The notes under the pieces: generated by a model | What the model was told of the DNA's origin: nothing | The model's database searches: none | Seen by the model: only the letters and a program-made list of their open reading frames with translations | Program-made: the position numbers and the translations under genes | Shown: one piece after another, positions 9,310 through 18,343 of the stretch | How positions within the stretch are numbered: position 1 is the first letter of the stretch | Layout of the letters: the number at the start of each line of letters is the position of its first letter | Assembly (NCBI GenBank): GCA_963667785.2 | Contig: CAXXMU010000001.1 | Coordinates: 608,001 to 672,000 of the forward strand | Direction: 5' to 3' | From: Alphaproteobacteria bacterium | GTDB lineage: Bacteria > Pseudomonadota > Alphaproteobacteria > UBA828 | DNA length: 64,000 bases

Positions 9310-10023
9310 TCAGCCCGGGCCGACGCGTTCGCCGTGCATCGTGCAGGATGCCTCGGCAAGCGCGACGAAGGCCTCGGTGACCGTGTCGGGAGCCGGCAGG
9401 CGGCTCGGGTCCTCGCCCGGATAGGCGCGGCGCCGCAGAGCCGTCGCCACCGGGCCGGGATCGAGCAGGTTGACCCGGAGCGCGCTGCGGCGGGTCTCCG
9501 CCGCGTAGCAGCGGACCAGCGCCTCGAGGCCCGCCTTGCTCGCGGCATAGGCGCCCCAGAAGGCGGATGCGTCCCTGGCGGCGGCGGCGGTGACGAAGAT
9601 CGCCCGGCCTGCCGGAGACGCGCGCAGCAGGGGGTCGAGACTGCGGATCAGCCGCCAGTTGGCGCCGAGGTTGAGCGCGAGCGTCGCTTCCCAGTCTTCC
9701 GGCGCATGGTGGCCGACCGGACTGAGCTGGACCAGCATGCCCGCGTTGGCGACGAGGACGTCGAGGCGGCCGAAACGCTCGGCGAGCGCCGCGCCGAGCC
9801 GGTCGATCCGCTCCCCGTCGCGGAGGTCCATCGGCACCAGCGTCGCGGTCTCGCCGGAGGCGCGCTGCACGGCGTCGTCCACCTCCTCCAGGCCGCCCGT
9901 GGTGCGGGCGACGAGGACGAGGCGCGCCCCCTCGGCGGCGAAGCGGCGGGCGACGGCGGCACCGATGCCGCGCGAGGCGCCGGTCACGAGAGCGATCCGG
10001 CCGTCGAGGCGCGGTGGCGCCAT
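9310..10023 (-). CDS. SDR family oxidoreductase (YciK-like, conserved downstream of purF)
   Basis: TGASRGIG, NAG and YAASK motifs, PGED near the C-terminus. Confidence 0.9.
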   Translation of the reverse strand: MAPPRLDGRIALVTGASRGIGAAVARRFAAEGARLVLVARTTGGLEEVDDAVQRASGETATLVPMDLRDGERIDRLGAALAERFGRLDVLVANAGMLVQLSPVGHHAPEDWEATLALNLGANWRLIRSLDPLLRASPAGRAIFVTAAAARDASAFWGAYAASKAGLEALVRCYAAETRRSALRVNLLDPGPVATALRRRAYPGEDPSRLPAPDTVTEAFVALAEASCTMHGERVGPG

Positions 10024-10031
10024 GATGTCGG

Positions 10032-11495
10032 CTAGACGCTCTCGGCGAGCAGAGAGAGCTGCGCCGGCGGCTCGTCGCCCTGTTGATCCAAGAGCGCGAT
10101 GGGATAGTCGCCGGAGAAGCAGGCGTCGCAGTATTGCGGGCGTGCGGGGTCGCGCCCCGGCTCGCCCATAGCGCGGTAGAGGCCGTCGATCGAGATGAAG
10201 GCCAGGCTGTCCACGCCGATCGAGCGCGCCATCGCGGCCACGTCGTGGCGCGCGGCCAGAAGCTGCTCGTGCGCCGGCGTATCGACACCGTAGAAGCAGG
10301 GATGCGCCGTCGGCGGACTCGCGATCCTCATGTGGACCGTCGCCGCGCCTGCCGAGCGCACCATCTCCACGATCTTCGTCGACGTCGTGCCGCGCACGAT
10401 GCTGTCGTCGACGAGCACGACCCGCCGACCCTTCAGGATTTGGCGGTTGGCGTTGTGCTTGAGCTTGACGCCGAGATGTCTGATCCGGTCGGTCGGCTCG
10501 ATGAAGGTGCGCCCGACATAGTGGTTGCGGATGATGCCGAGCTCGAACGGAAGGCCCGCCTGCGCGGCATAGCCGATCGCCGCCGGCACGCCCGAATCCG
10601 GCACCGGCACCACCACGTCCGCCGCGGCCGGCGCCTCGCGGGCGAGCTCGGCGCCGATGCGCTGCCGCGCCTCGTAGACTCCGATTCCCTCGGCCACGCT
10701 GTCGGGCCGCGCGAAGTAGATGTACTCGAAAACGCAGAAGCGCCGCGCGGCGGGGCGAAAGGGCTTCACGCTCTCCACGCCCGCGTCGGTGATGATCACC
10801 AGCTCGCCCGGCTCGATGTCGCGGACGTGGCTGGCGCCGATGATGTCGAAGGCCACGGTCTCCGACGCCAGGATCATGGCGCCGTCGAGCTGGCCCAGCA
10901 CCAGCGGGCGCACGCCGTGGGGGTCCCGCACGCCGATCAGCGAATCCCCGGTGAGCGCCACCAGCGAATAGGCGCCGTGCACCCTGCCCAGCGCCTCGAT
11001 CATGCGCTCGACCAGGCGCGCGCGCCGGCTGATGGCGATCAGGTGGACGATCGTCTCGGTGTCGGAGGTGGACTGGAAGATGCAGCCGCGCGAGACGAGA
11101 TCGGTGCGCAGCGAGAGTGCGTTGGTGAGGTTCCCGTTGTGCGCGATGCTGAGCCCGCCGGTGGCGAGGTCCGCGAAGAGCGGCTGGATGTTGCGCACTT
11201 CGGGTGCGCCCTGGGTGGAATAGCGGTTGTGGCCGATCGCCGCGCGGCCCTCGAGGGCGTCGATTACCTCGCCCGAGGAGAAGATGTCGCCGACCTTCCC
11301 CAGCGCCCGGTGCGAATGGAAGAGGGCGCCGTCGGTGCTCACGATGCCGGCCGATTCCTGCCCCCGGTGCTGCAGCGCATGCAAACCGAGCGCCGCGTGG
11401 GCGGCGGCGTCGGGGTGCCCGAATATGCCGAAGACGCCGCACTCCTCCCGCAGCTTGTCCTCGCTGGGCCCGTTGCCTGCCCGGGGTGCGCTCAT
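10032..11495 (-). CDS. purF: Amidophosphoribosyltransferase
   Basis: Propeptide plus EECGVFG; LQHRGQESAG, HNRYST, VDDSIVRGTT; 4Fe-4S Cys (CDAC). Confidence 0.97.
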   Translation of the reverse strand: MSAPRAGNGPSEDKLREECGVFGIFGHPDAAAHAALGLHALQHRGQESAGIVSTDGALFHSHRALGKVGDIFSSGEVIDALEGRAAIGHNRYSTQGAPEVRNIQPLFADLATGGLSIAHNGNLTNALSLRTDLVSRGCIFQSTSDTETIVHLIAISRRARLVERMIEALGRVHGAYSLVALTGDSLIGVRDPHGVRPLVLGQLDGAMILASETVAFDIIGASHVRDIEPGELVIITDAGVESVKPFRPAARRFCVFEYIYFARPDSVAEGIGVYEARQRIGAELAREAPAAADVVVPVPDSGVPAAIGYAAQAGLPFELGIIRNHYVGRTFIEPTDRIRHLGVKLKHNANRQILKGRRVVLVDDSIVRGTTSTKIVEMVRSAGAATVHMRIASPPTAHPCFYGVDTPAHEQLLAARHDVAAMARSIGVDSLAFISIDGLYRAMGEPGRDPARPQYCDACFSGDYPIALLDQQGDEPPAQLSLLAESV

Positions 11496-12157
11496 CACTC
11501 GACGCTCTCGCTCAGCCCGTCGAGCTGCTGCCGCTCGCCGCCGCTGTAGCCGGTCTCGCTTTCCTCTTCCGGCTGGTTTGCGGGAACGGGCTCGGTGAGT
11601 TCCCGCACGCTTCGCTCGCGGCCATCGTCGAAGGTCTCCTCGATGTGTCTGGTGCCTTCCTCTGCGACTTCCTCCGGCACCACCTCGCGAAGCGCGGCGA
11701 CTCCCTGCTTGATATAGGGCAAGGTCCTGGCCTCGTCGACCCACGGCGGCCAGTCGCTCTGCTGCACCACCGAGCCGAACAGCATGTAGGCGATGCAGAC
11801 CAGCGCCGCCCCGCGCAGGATTCCGAAGATGAAGCCGAGCGTGCGGTCCAGCGCGCCGCCCCGGCTGCGCTGGATGCGGCCCGAGATGAGCTGGTTGACG
11901 ATCGTGAGAGCGATCAGGACGACGACGAAGACCGCGAGGCCGGCGACCACGTCGGCGATCAGCGTGGACGAGGTGATCAGGTCGCGGGCGATCGGCCGGG
12001 TGTGGGGGAAGGCGAAGAAGGTGGCGACGCCGGCGCCGACCCAGGCGCCGATGCCGAGCACCTCGCGCGCCGCCCCGCGCCCGAAGGCGAGCAGCGCCGA
12101 AAGGATGATGATCAGCGCCACCAGGATGTCGATGAGATTGACCGGCAGGTCTTCCAT
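11495..12157 (-). CDS. cvpA: CvpA family membrane protein
   Basis: Four hydrophobic helices, LDRTLGFIFG motif, directly upstream of purF. Confidence 0.9.
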   Translation of the reverse strand: MEDLPVNLIDILVALIIILSALLAFGRGAAREVLGIGAWVGAGVATFFAFPHTRPIARDLITSSTLIADVVAGLAVFVVVLIALTIVNQLISGRIQRSRGGALDRTLGFIFGILRGAALVCIAYMLFGSVVQQSDWPPWVDEARTLPYIKQGVAALREVVPEEVAEEGTRHIEETFDDGRERSVRELTEPVPANQPEEESETGYSGGERQQLDGLSESVE

Positions 12158-12170
12158 TCTCTCGCGATCG

Positions 12171-13553
12171 TCAGGGTGCTTCGCGCGACGCGGGAAAGAG
12201 CGCCACCAGGTCTCGTACATGGGTGAGCCGCGTCACGGCGATCCCCGGACCCTCCGCCTCGCCGCGGGCCGTGTCCGGCACCGGCGCCAGTGCATGGCTG
12301 AAGCCGAGCTTCGCGGCCTCCTTGAGCCGGGCGCCGCCTTGGCTCACCGGCCGGACCTCGCCGGCCAGCCCGATCTCGCCGAAGATGACGGCGCCCTGGT
12401 CGAGCGCCCGGCCCGCAGCCGATGAGGCGAGCGCGGCCGCGACCGCGAGGTCCGCGGCGGGCTCGGTGATGCGCAGGCCGCCCGCCACGTTGAGATAGAC
12501 GTCACAGACGCTGAGCCTGAGTCCGGCGCGCGCCTCCAGCACCGCCAGCACCATGGCGAGCCGGCCTGCATCCCAGCCGACCACGGTGCGCCGCGGCGAT
12601 CCCGCCGGCCCGGATGCCACCAGGGCCTGGATCTCCACCAGAACCGGCCGCGAGCCCTCGACCCCGGCGAAGACCGCAGCGCCGGGCACGGGCCCGCGCT
12701 CCGGGTCCACGAAGAGGCTGGAAGGGTTGGGGATCTCCACCAGGCCGCGGTCGGTCATCTCGAAGACGCCGATCTCGTCGGTCGGTCCGAACCGGTTCTT
12801 GATGGCGCGGACGATGCGGAACTGGTGGCCGCGCTCGCCCTCGAAATAGAGCACGCAGTCGACCATGTGCTCGAGCACGCGGGGGCCCGCGATCTGCCCC
12901 TCCTTGGTGACGTGGCCGACCAGCACCAGGACCGTGCCCGTGCGCTTGGCGAGGCGGATCAGCTCCTGGGCCGCGCCCCGCACCTGGGCGACCGTTCCCG
13001 GCGCCGAATCCAGCGTGTCGAGGTACATGGTCTGGATCGAGTCGACCACCACCATGTCGGGTGGCGCATCGCCCTCCAGCGTCGTCAGGATGTCGCGGAC
13101 ATCGATCGCCGCCGCGAGGCCGACGGGCGCGCCCGCGAGGCCTGTGCGGGCGGCGCGCATCCGGATCTGCTCGATTCCCTCCTCGCCGGAGACGTAGGCG
13201 ACGCGGGCGCCGCGCACGGCCAGGGCCGATGCCGCCTGCAGCAGCAGGGTCGACTTGCCGATGCCGGGATCGCCCGCCAGCAGGACCGACGAGCCGGGCA
13301 CGAAGCCGCCGCCCACGACCCGGTCGATCTCGCCGATGCCGCATTCCCGCCGGGCGAGCACGGCGCCGGGCCCGTCGAGGGGCAGGAACTCGATGCGGCG
13401 GCCCTTGGCGGTCCCGAGCCCGCGCGGCGGGGCTGCGCGCGACACCTCCTCGACGATGCTGTTCCAGGCCCCGCAGGCATCGCAGCGCCCGGCCCAGCGG
13501 GGCCGCGCGGCGCCGCAGGCGTCGCAGACAAAGCGCTTCTCCGCCCGCGCCAT
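12171..13553 (-). CDS. radA: DNA repair protein RadA/Sms
   Basis: N-terminal C4 zinc finger, GDPGIGKST Walker A, KNRFG motif. Confidence 0.97.
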   Translation of the reverse strand: MARAEKRFVCDACGAARPRWAGRCDACGAWNSIVEEVSRAAPPRGLGTAKGRRIEFLPLDGPGAVLARRECGIGEIDRVVGGGFVPGSSVLLAGDPGIGKSTLLLQAASALAVRGARVAYVSGEEGIEQIRMRAARTGLAGAPVGLAAAIDVRDILTTLEGDAPPDMVVVDSIQTMYLDTLDSAPGTVAQVRGAAQELIRLAKRTGTVLVLVGHVTKEGQIAGPRVLEHMVDCVLYFEGERGHQFRIVRAIKNRFGPTDEIGVFEMTDRGLVEIPNPSSLFVDPERGPVPGAAVFAGVEGSRPVLVEIQALVASGPAGSPRRTVVGWDAGRLAMVLAVLEARAGLRLSVCDVYLNVAGGLRITEPAADLAVAAALASSAAGRALDQGAVIFGEIGLAGEVRPVSQGGARLKEAAKLGFSHALAPVPDTARGEAEGPGIAVTRLTHVRDLVALFPASREAP

Positions 13554-13595
13554 GGGTCTCCCTAACCGGGTAGCGACATGGCCGGCCCGCGCCGC

Positions 13596-14411
13596 TCAGG
13601 CGCGCCCGTCGGCGGCGACCGCGAGCCTGATCGGCCCGTCCGCCCGGCCGTTGATGAACTGCTCCACATGGGCGTTCCCGCTCTCGTCGATCTCGCCGGC
13701 CGGGCCTTGCCAGATGATCGTGCCGTCGTGGATCATGGCGATCCGGTCGGCGATCTTGCGCGCGCTGGCCATGTCGTGGGTGATGGTGAGCGTGGTCGCG
13801 CCGAGCTCGCGCGTGCAGGCCACGATCAGGTCGTTGATCACGTCGGCCATGATCGGGTCGAGGCCGGTCGTCGGCTCGTCGAAGAAGATGATCTCCGGCC
13901 GGGTCGCAATGGCACGCGCCAGACCCACCCGCTTGCGCATGCCGCCCGAGAGCGCGGCCGGATAGAGATCGGCCGAATCCTCGGCGAGACCGACCTGGGC
14001 CAGGGTCTCGATCGCGATATCCCGCGCCTCGCGCCGCGCCACCCCTTGCGCCTGGATCAGCCCGAAGGCGACGTTCTCCCACACCGGCAGGCTGTCGAAG
14101 AGCGCGCTGTTCTGGAACAGCATGCCGATCCTGCGCATGGCGGCCTCGCGCGCGGCGCGGTTGCCGGCGAGCTCCTCGCCGTCGATGGTCACGCTGCCAG
14201 CATCCGGGTGCAGCAGGCCCAGCAGGCACTTGAGCATGACCGACTTGCCGACTCCCGAGCAGCCGATCACCACCACCGACTCCCCGCTCCCGATCTCGAG
14301 GTCGAGGCCGTCGAGCACCACCTGGCCGGCAAACCTCTTGCGCAGGCCGCGAAGGGCGATCTTGGGCTCGTTCGCGCCGTGCGCGGCGCGGGCGCTCGAC
14401 GGCGCGCTCAT
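13596..14411 (-). CDS. mlaF: MlaF-like ABC transporter ATP-binding protein
   Basis: GCSGVGKS, LSGGMRKR and DEPTTGLDP motifs; coupled to mlaE. Confidence 0.9.
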   Translation of the reverse strand: MSAPSSARAAHGANEPKIALRGLRKRFAGQVVLDGLDLEIGSGESVVVIGCSGVGKSVMLKCLLGLLHPDAGSVTIDGEELAGNRAAREAAMRRIGMLFQNSALFDSLPVWENVAFGLIQAQGVARREARDIAIETLAQVGLAEDSADLYPAALSGGMRKRVGLARAIATRPEIIFFDEPTTGLDPIMADVINDLIVACTRELGATTLTITHDMASARKIADRIAMIHDGTIIWQGPAGEIDESGNAHVEQFINGRADGPIRLAVAADGRA

Positions 14412-15187
14412 TGGGCGAAGAACGCCTCCGTGATGATGTAGTTGAAGATCAGAACCAGGATGGCGCCGGTCACGACGGCATTTGTGGTGGCCTTGCCCAC
14501 GCCCTGGGCGCCGCCCTTCGAGTGGAAGCCGTGGTAGCAGCCCATCAGCGCGATCAGATATCCGAAGACGGCGGCTTTGACGAGGCCCGAGACCACGTCC
14601 ATCGTCTCCAGATACTCGAAGGTGTTGGTGATGTAGGTGTCGGCGTTGAAGCCGAGCTTGTAGACGCTGACCAGATAGCCGCCAAGCACGCCGATGATGT
14701 CGGCGACGAGAACGAGGAAGGGCAGCATCAGGAAGCCGCCGAGGAGGCGCGGCACGATCAGGTACTTGTGCGGATTGGTCGACAGCGTGGTCAGCGCGTC
14801 GATCTGCTCGGTGACACGCATGGTGCCGATTTCGGCCGCCATGGCGGCGCCGACCCGTCCGGCGACCATGAGGCCGGCGAGCACCGGCCCCAGCTCCCGC
14901 GTGATCGACAGCACCACCACGGTCGGGATCGTGCTCTCCGCCGAGAAACGCGAGAAGCCCGTGTAGCTCTGCAGCGCCAGCACCATGCCGGCGAAGAGCC
15001 CGGTCAGCCCCACGACCGGTAGCGAGTAGAAGCCGATCTCCACCATCTGGCGGAGCAGGAGGCGCGGGTAGAGCGGCGGCCGGACGCAGTGCGAGGTCGC
15101 CTCGAAGGCGAAGAGGGCGAGGCGGCCTATGGCCCCGAACAGGGCCAGGACGCCGTGGCCGATCGCCTGCAGCGGATTGCTCTTCAC
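14408..15187 (-). CDS. mlaE: MlaE family ABC transporter permease
   Basis: RELGPVL, AEIGTMRVTEQIDAL and GAQGVGKATT motifs; GTG start after GGGAAGAG. Confidence 0.93.
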   Translation of the reverse strand: MKSNPLQAIGHGVLALFGAIGRLALFAFEATSHCVRPPLYPRLLLRQMVEIGFYSLPVVGLTGLFAGMVLALQSYTGFSRFSAESTIPTVVVLSITRELGPVLAGLMVAGRVGAAMAAEIGTMRVTEQIDALTTLSTNPHKYLIVPRLLGGFLMLPFLVLVADIIGVLGGYLVSVYKLGFNADTYITNTFEYLETMDVVSGLVKAAVFGYLIALMGCYHGFHSKGGAQGVGKATTNAVVTGAILVLIFNYIITEAFFAQ

Positions 15188-15289
15188 GCACTCTTCCCGT
15201 CGACGACGCACGCGGGCCGATCTCCGACTCGGCGCCCGTCGCCGGGGACTCTAGCCCGGAATTCTCGTCAGGGTCATGGCCCGAGCGGC

Positions 15290-15337
15290 ACCGCGCGCGT
15301 TCCGCGCGACTCACCTACCGCGCGCGTTCCGCGCGAC
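15290..15337. repeat. Perfect 21-bp direct repeat (two copies, 27-bp period)
   Basis: ACCGCGCGCGTTCCGCGCGAC at 15290-15310 and 15317-15337, between divergent mlaE and ilvE. Confidence 0.85.
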
Positions 15338-15413
15338 GCAGGCCGTGACCCCGGCGAGACAGGCGGGCTAACATCGGCCATCGCCGCACGACATCGAGCT
15401 GGCCGGAGAAGCG

Positions 15414-16349
15414 ATGAGCACGACAATCAAGGAGACCGAGTGGATCTGGCGCGACGGGGAATTCGTCCGCTGGCGGGATGCCACCCTCCATCTCCTCTCC
15501 ACCGCCGTCCAGTTCGGCTCCTCGGTCTTCGAGGGCATCCGCTGCTACGACACCCCGGCCGGCCCCGCCATCTTCCGCCTGCCCGAGCATCTGAGACGGC
15601 TCCGCAATTCGGCGCGCATCTACCGCATGGAGTGCGCCTATGACGACCGGGCGCTGACCGAGGCCTGCTTCGCGCTGATCCGCCGCAACGGGCTCAGCGC
15701 CTGCTACATCCGCCCCGTGATCCTGCGCGGCTACGGTGCGATCGGGATGGACGGCGTCGGCAGCCCCATCGAGACCTGGATTCCCGCCTGGGAATGGGGC
15801 GCCTACCTCGGCGAGGACGCGTTGGAGAAGGGCGTCGACGTCTGCGTCTCCTCCTGGAGCCGGGCTGCGCCCAACACCTTCCCCGGCATGGCGAAGGCGA
15901 CCGGCCACTACAACAACGCCCAGCTGATCAAGCTCGAGGCCATGGCCAACGGCTTCGTCGAGGCGATCGCGCTCACCCACGATGGCCAGATCAGCGAGGG
16001 CAGCGGCCAGAACCTCTTCGCGGTGATGGACGGCACCGTGCTGACCCCGCCGATCGACGGCAGCAACCTCTCCGGCATCACGCGGAACGCGGTGATGACC
16101 ATCGCCGGCGACCTCGACCTGCCGCTTCGCGAGTGCCCGATGCCGCGCGAGCTGCTCTACTGCGCCGACGAGCTCTTCTTCTCCGGCACGGCGGCGGAGA
16201 TCACGCCGATCCGCTCCGTCGACCACGTCACCGTCGGCCCAGGCGGGATCGGCCCGGTCACGCGGCGCATACAGCGGCGCTTCGCCGACATCGTCAGCGG
16301 CCGTTCCAACGACGATCACCGCTGGCTGACCCTGGTCCCGCCCGCCTGA
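15414..16349 (+). CDS. ilvE: Branched-chain amino acid aminotransferase (PLP fold IV)
   Basis: VFEGIR, YIRP, AKATGHY (PLP Lys), EGSGQN, GITR and GTAAEITP motifs. Confidence 0.88.
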   Translation: MSTTIKETEWIWRDGEFVRWRDATLHLLSTAVQFGSSVFEGIRCYDTPAGPAIFRLPEHLRRLRNSARIYRMECAYDDRALTEACFALIRRNGLSACYIRPVILRGYGAIGMDGVGSPIETWIPAWEWGAYLGEDALEKGVDVCVSSWSRAAPNTFPGMAKATGHYNNAQLIKLEAMANGFVEAIALTHDGQISEGSGQNLFAVMDGTVLTPPIDGSNLSGITRNAVMTIAGDLDLPLRECPMPRELLYCADELFFSGTAAEITPIRSVDHVTVGPGGIGPVTRRIQRRFADIVSGRSNDDHRWLTLVPPA

Positions 16350-16371
16350 TCTACCCGTCTCGCGAGGAGGA

Positions 16372-17178
16372 ATGCGCATGACCGAGAGCCGCGATCCGGC
16401 GGCCGCTCTTGCCGACCGGCTCTTCGCCGAGCATGCGGACGGGCGGCCCTTCCGCCCCATCCGGGGCGCCGACCGGCCCGCCTCGCTGGACGAGGGATAC
16501 CGCGTCCAGGGCCTACTCAACCGGCGCTTCACCGAGGCCGGGCGGGGAGCGTCCGCCGGCTACAAGGTCGGCCTCACTTCCGAGGCGATGCGGGCGATGT
16601 GCAACGCCGATCAGCCGATCAGCGGCGTGATATTCGAGAGCACGGTGTATCGCTCACCGGCGCGGATCGCGCTCGCCGACTTCGCCCATCTCGCGATCGA
16701 GTTCGAGCTCGCCGTCGAGATCGGTCGGGAGTTTCGGCCCGGGGACGGCCCCTTCACGCAGGACGACGCGCGAGACCGCGTCGCCGCCTGCCTGCCCGCC
16801 TTCGAGCTGATCGAGGACCGCAACGCCGACTATGGCGACCTCGACGTGCTCTCCTGCGTGATGGACAACGCCTGGTGCGGCGGTGTCGTGCTCGGGCCGC
16901 GGCAGAGCGACTGGCAGGCCCTCGACCTCGCAGCCACGCCGGCCTCGCTCACGGTCAACGACGGGCCACCGGAGCCGGCGGTCACGGGCGCGGCCATGGG
17001 CAATCCGCTGAACTCGGTGGTCTGGCTGGCCAACCAGCTCGCGGACCGGGGCACTGCCCTCGAAGCGGGCATGATCGTCATGACCGGGAGCACGCTCGCC
17101 ACGCGCGTCCCGGAGGCGGGCGACCGCTTCGTCTACGCGATCGAGGGGCTGGGCCGGGTGGAGGCCACGATCGTCTGA
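16372..17178 (+). CDS. Fumarylacetoacetate hydrolase superfamily, 2-keto-4-pentenoate hydratase-like
   Basis: GYKVGLTS, EFELA, DNA, GNPLNSVVWLAN and MTGS motifs. Confidence 0.85.
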   Translation: MRMTESRDPAAALADRLFAEHADGRPFRPIRGADRPASLDEGYRVQGLLNRRFTEAGRGASAGYKVGLTSEAMRAMCNADQPISGVIFESTVYRSPARIALADFAHLAIEFELAVEIGREFRPGDGPFTQDDARDRVAACLPAFELIEDRNADYGDLDVLSCVMDNAWCGGVVLGPRQSDWQALDLAATPASLTVNDGPPEPAVTGAAMGNPLNSVVWLANQLADRGTALEAGMIVMTGSTLATRVPEAGDRFVYAIEGLGRVEATIV

Positions 17179-17188
17179 TCGCGCGGCG

Positions 17189-18343
17189 CTAAGGAGAACC
17201 GCCGCCGGCGGGGCGGCGCGAGATGACGACGTCGCGGTGGACGCCGACGCAGAGCAGGAGCCCGAGACCGAGCATCAGGCTCAGCATGGCGCTGCCGCCG
17301 TAGGAGATCAGCGGCAGCGGCAGGCCGACGATGGGGATCAGGCCGATCACCATCGCGACGTTGAAGAACACGTGGAAGAAGAACGTGACCGTCATGCCCA
17401 TGCCGAGCAGGCGGCCGAAGTGGTTGTTGCTGCGCGAAGAAATCACCACGCCGTAGGTGGCGATCGCCAGGTAGAGCAACAGGACGCCGGTCACGCCGAA
17501 GAAGCCGAGCTCCTCCGCCATCATCGTGAAGATGAAGTCGGTCTGCTTCTCGGGCAGGAAATTGAGGTGGCTCTGGGTCCCCTGGAGATAGCCCTTGCCG
17601 AAGAGCCCGCCGGAGCCCAGCGCGATCTTCGATTGCAGGATGTGATAGCCCGCGCCGAGGGGGTCCGCCTCCGGATCGAAGAAGGTCAGGATGCGCGCCT
17701 TCTGGTAGTCGTGCAGGAACTGCCAGACGACCGGCCCGGAGCCGAGCACGACGGCCACGGCCACGCCCATCTTCCACGCCTTGAGCCCCGCCAGGAACAG
17801 CATGATCCCGCCGCCGAGCGCCAGCAGCAGCGCCGTGCCCAGGTCCGGCTGGCGCAGGATCAGCGCAGCCGGCGCCAGGATCATCAGCAGCGGCGGGATG
17901 TAGGTCCGGATACGGCCCAGCGCGTCCAGCGGGATGCCGTGGAAATAGCGCGCGAGCGCGAGCACCAGCGCGATCTTCATCAGTTCCGACGGCTGCAGCT
18001 GGATCACGCCGATGTCGATCCAGCGCTGCGCGCCCATCACCGCCGCGCCCAGCAGCTCGACGCTCACCAGCAGGATGAAGGCGAGGCCGTAGATGGTGTA
18101 TGCGGCGCGCAGCCAGAAGCCGATGTCGATCACCGCCACCGCGAGCATCACGACGAGGCCGGCACCGAACCAGACGATCTGGCGTGCCGCCCAGGGCTCA
18201 GTGGTGCCGCCAGCGGCCGAGATCAGCATCCCGATGCCGACCGCGCCGAGGGCGCAGACCAGGACCACCAGGAGCCAGTCGAGCCTCAGAAGGCGCTCGG
18301 CGAGCCGGAAGCCCCGATGGCTTCTGATCTCCAGCTGCGCCAT
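17189..18343 (-). CDS. rodA: Rod shape-determining protein RodA (SEDS family)
   Basis: GAQRWI, QPSELMK, QPDLGT, LPEKQTDFIF and SYGGS motifs. Confidence 0.96.
   Translation of the reverse strand: MAQLEIRSHRGFRLAERLLRLDWLLVVLVCALGAVGIGMLISAAGGTTEPWAARQIVWFGAGLVVMLAVAVIDIGFWLRAAYTIYGLAFILLVSVELLGAAVMGAQRWIDIGVIQLQPSELMKIALVLALARYFHGIPLDALGRIRTYIPPLLMILAPAALILRQPDLGTALLLALGGGIMLFLAGLKAWKMGVAVAVVLGSGPVVWQFLHDYQKARILTFFDPEADPLGAGYHILQSKIALGSGGLFGKGYLQGTQSHLNFLPEKQTDFIFTMMAEELGFFGVTGVLLLYLAIATYGVVISSRSNNHFGRLLGMGMTVTFFFHVFFNVAMVIGLIPIVGLPLPLISYGGSAMLSLMLGLGLLLCVGVHRDVVISRRPAGGGSP

Noticed and set aside
6518-10288. 1256-aa ORF suggesting a giant MtnA fusion (likewise the 1087-aa IlvB and 710-aa SDR ORFs)
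   Set aside because: The upstream parts are off-frame read-through of neighbouring genes; the real starts lie downstream.
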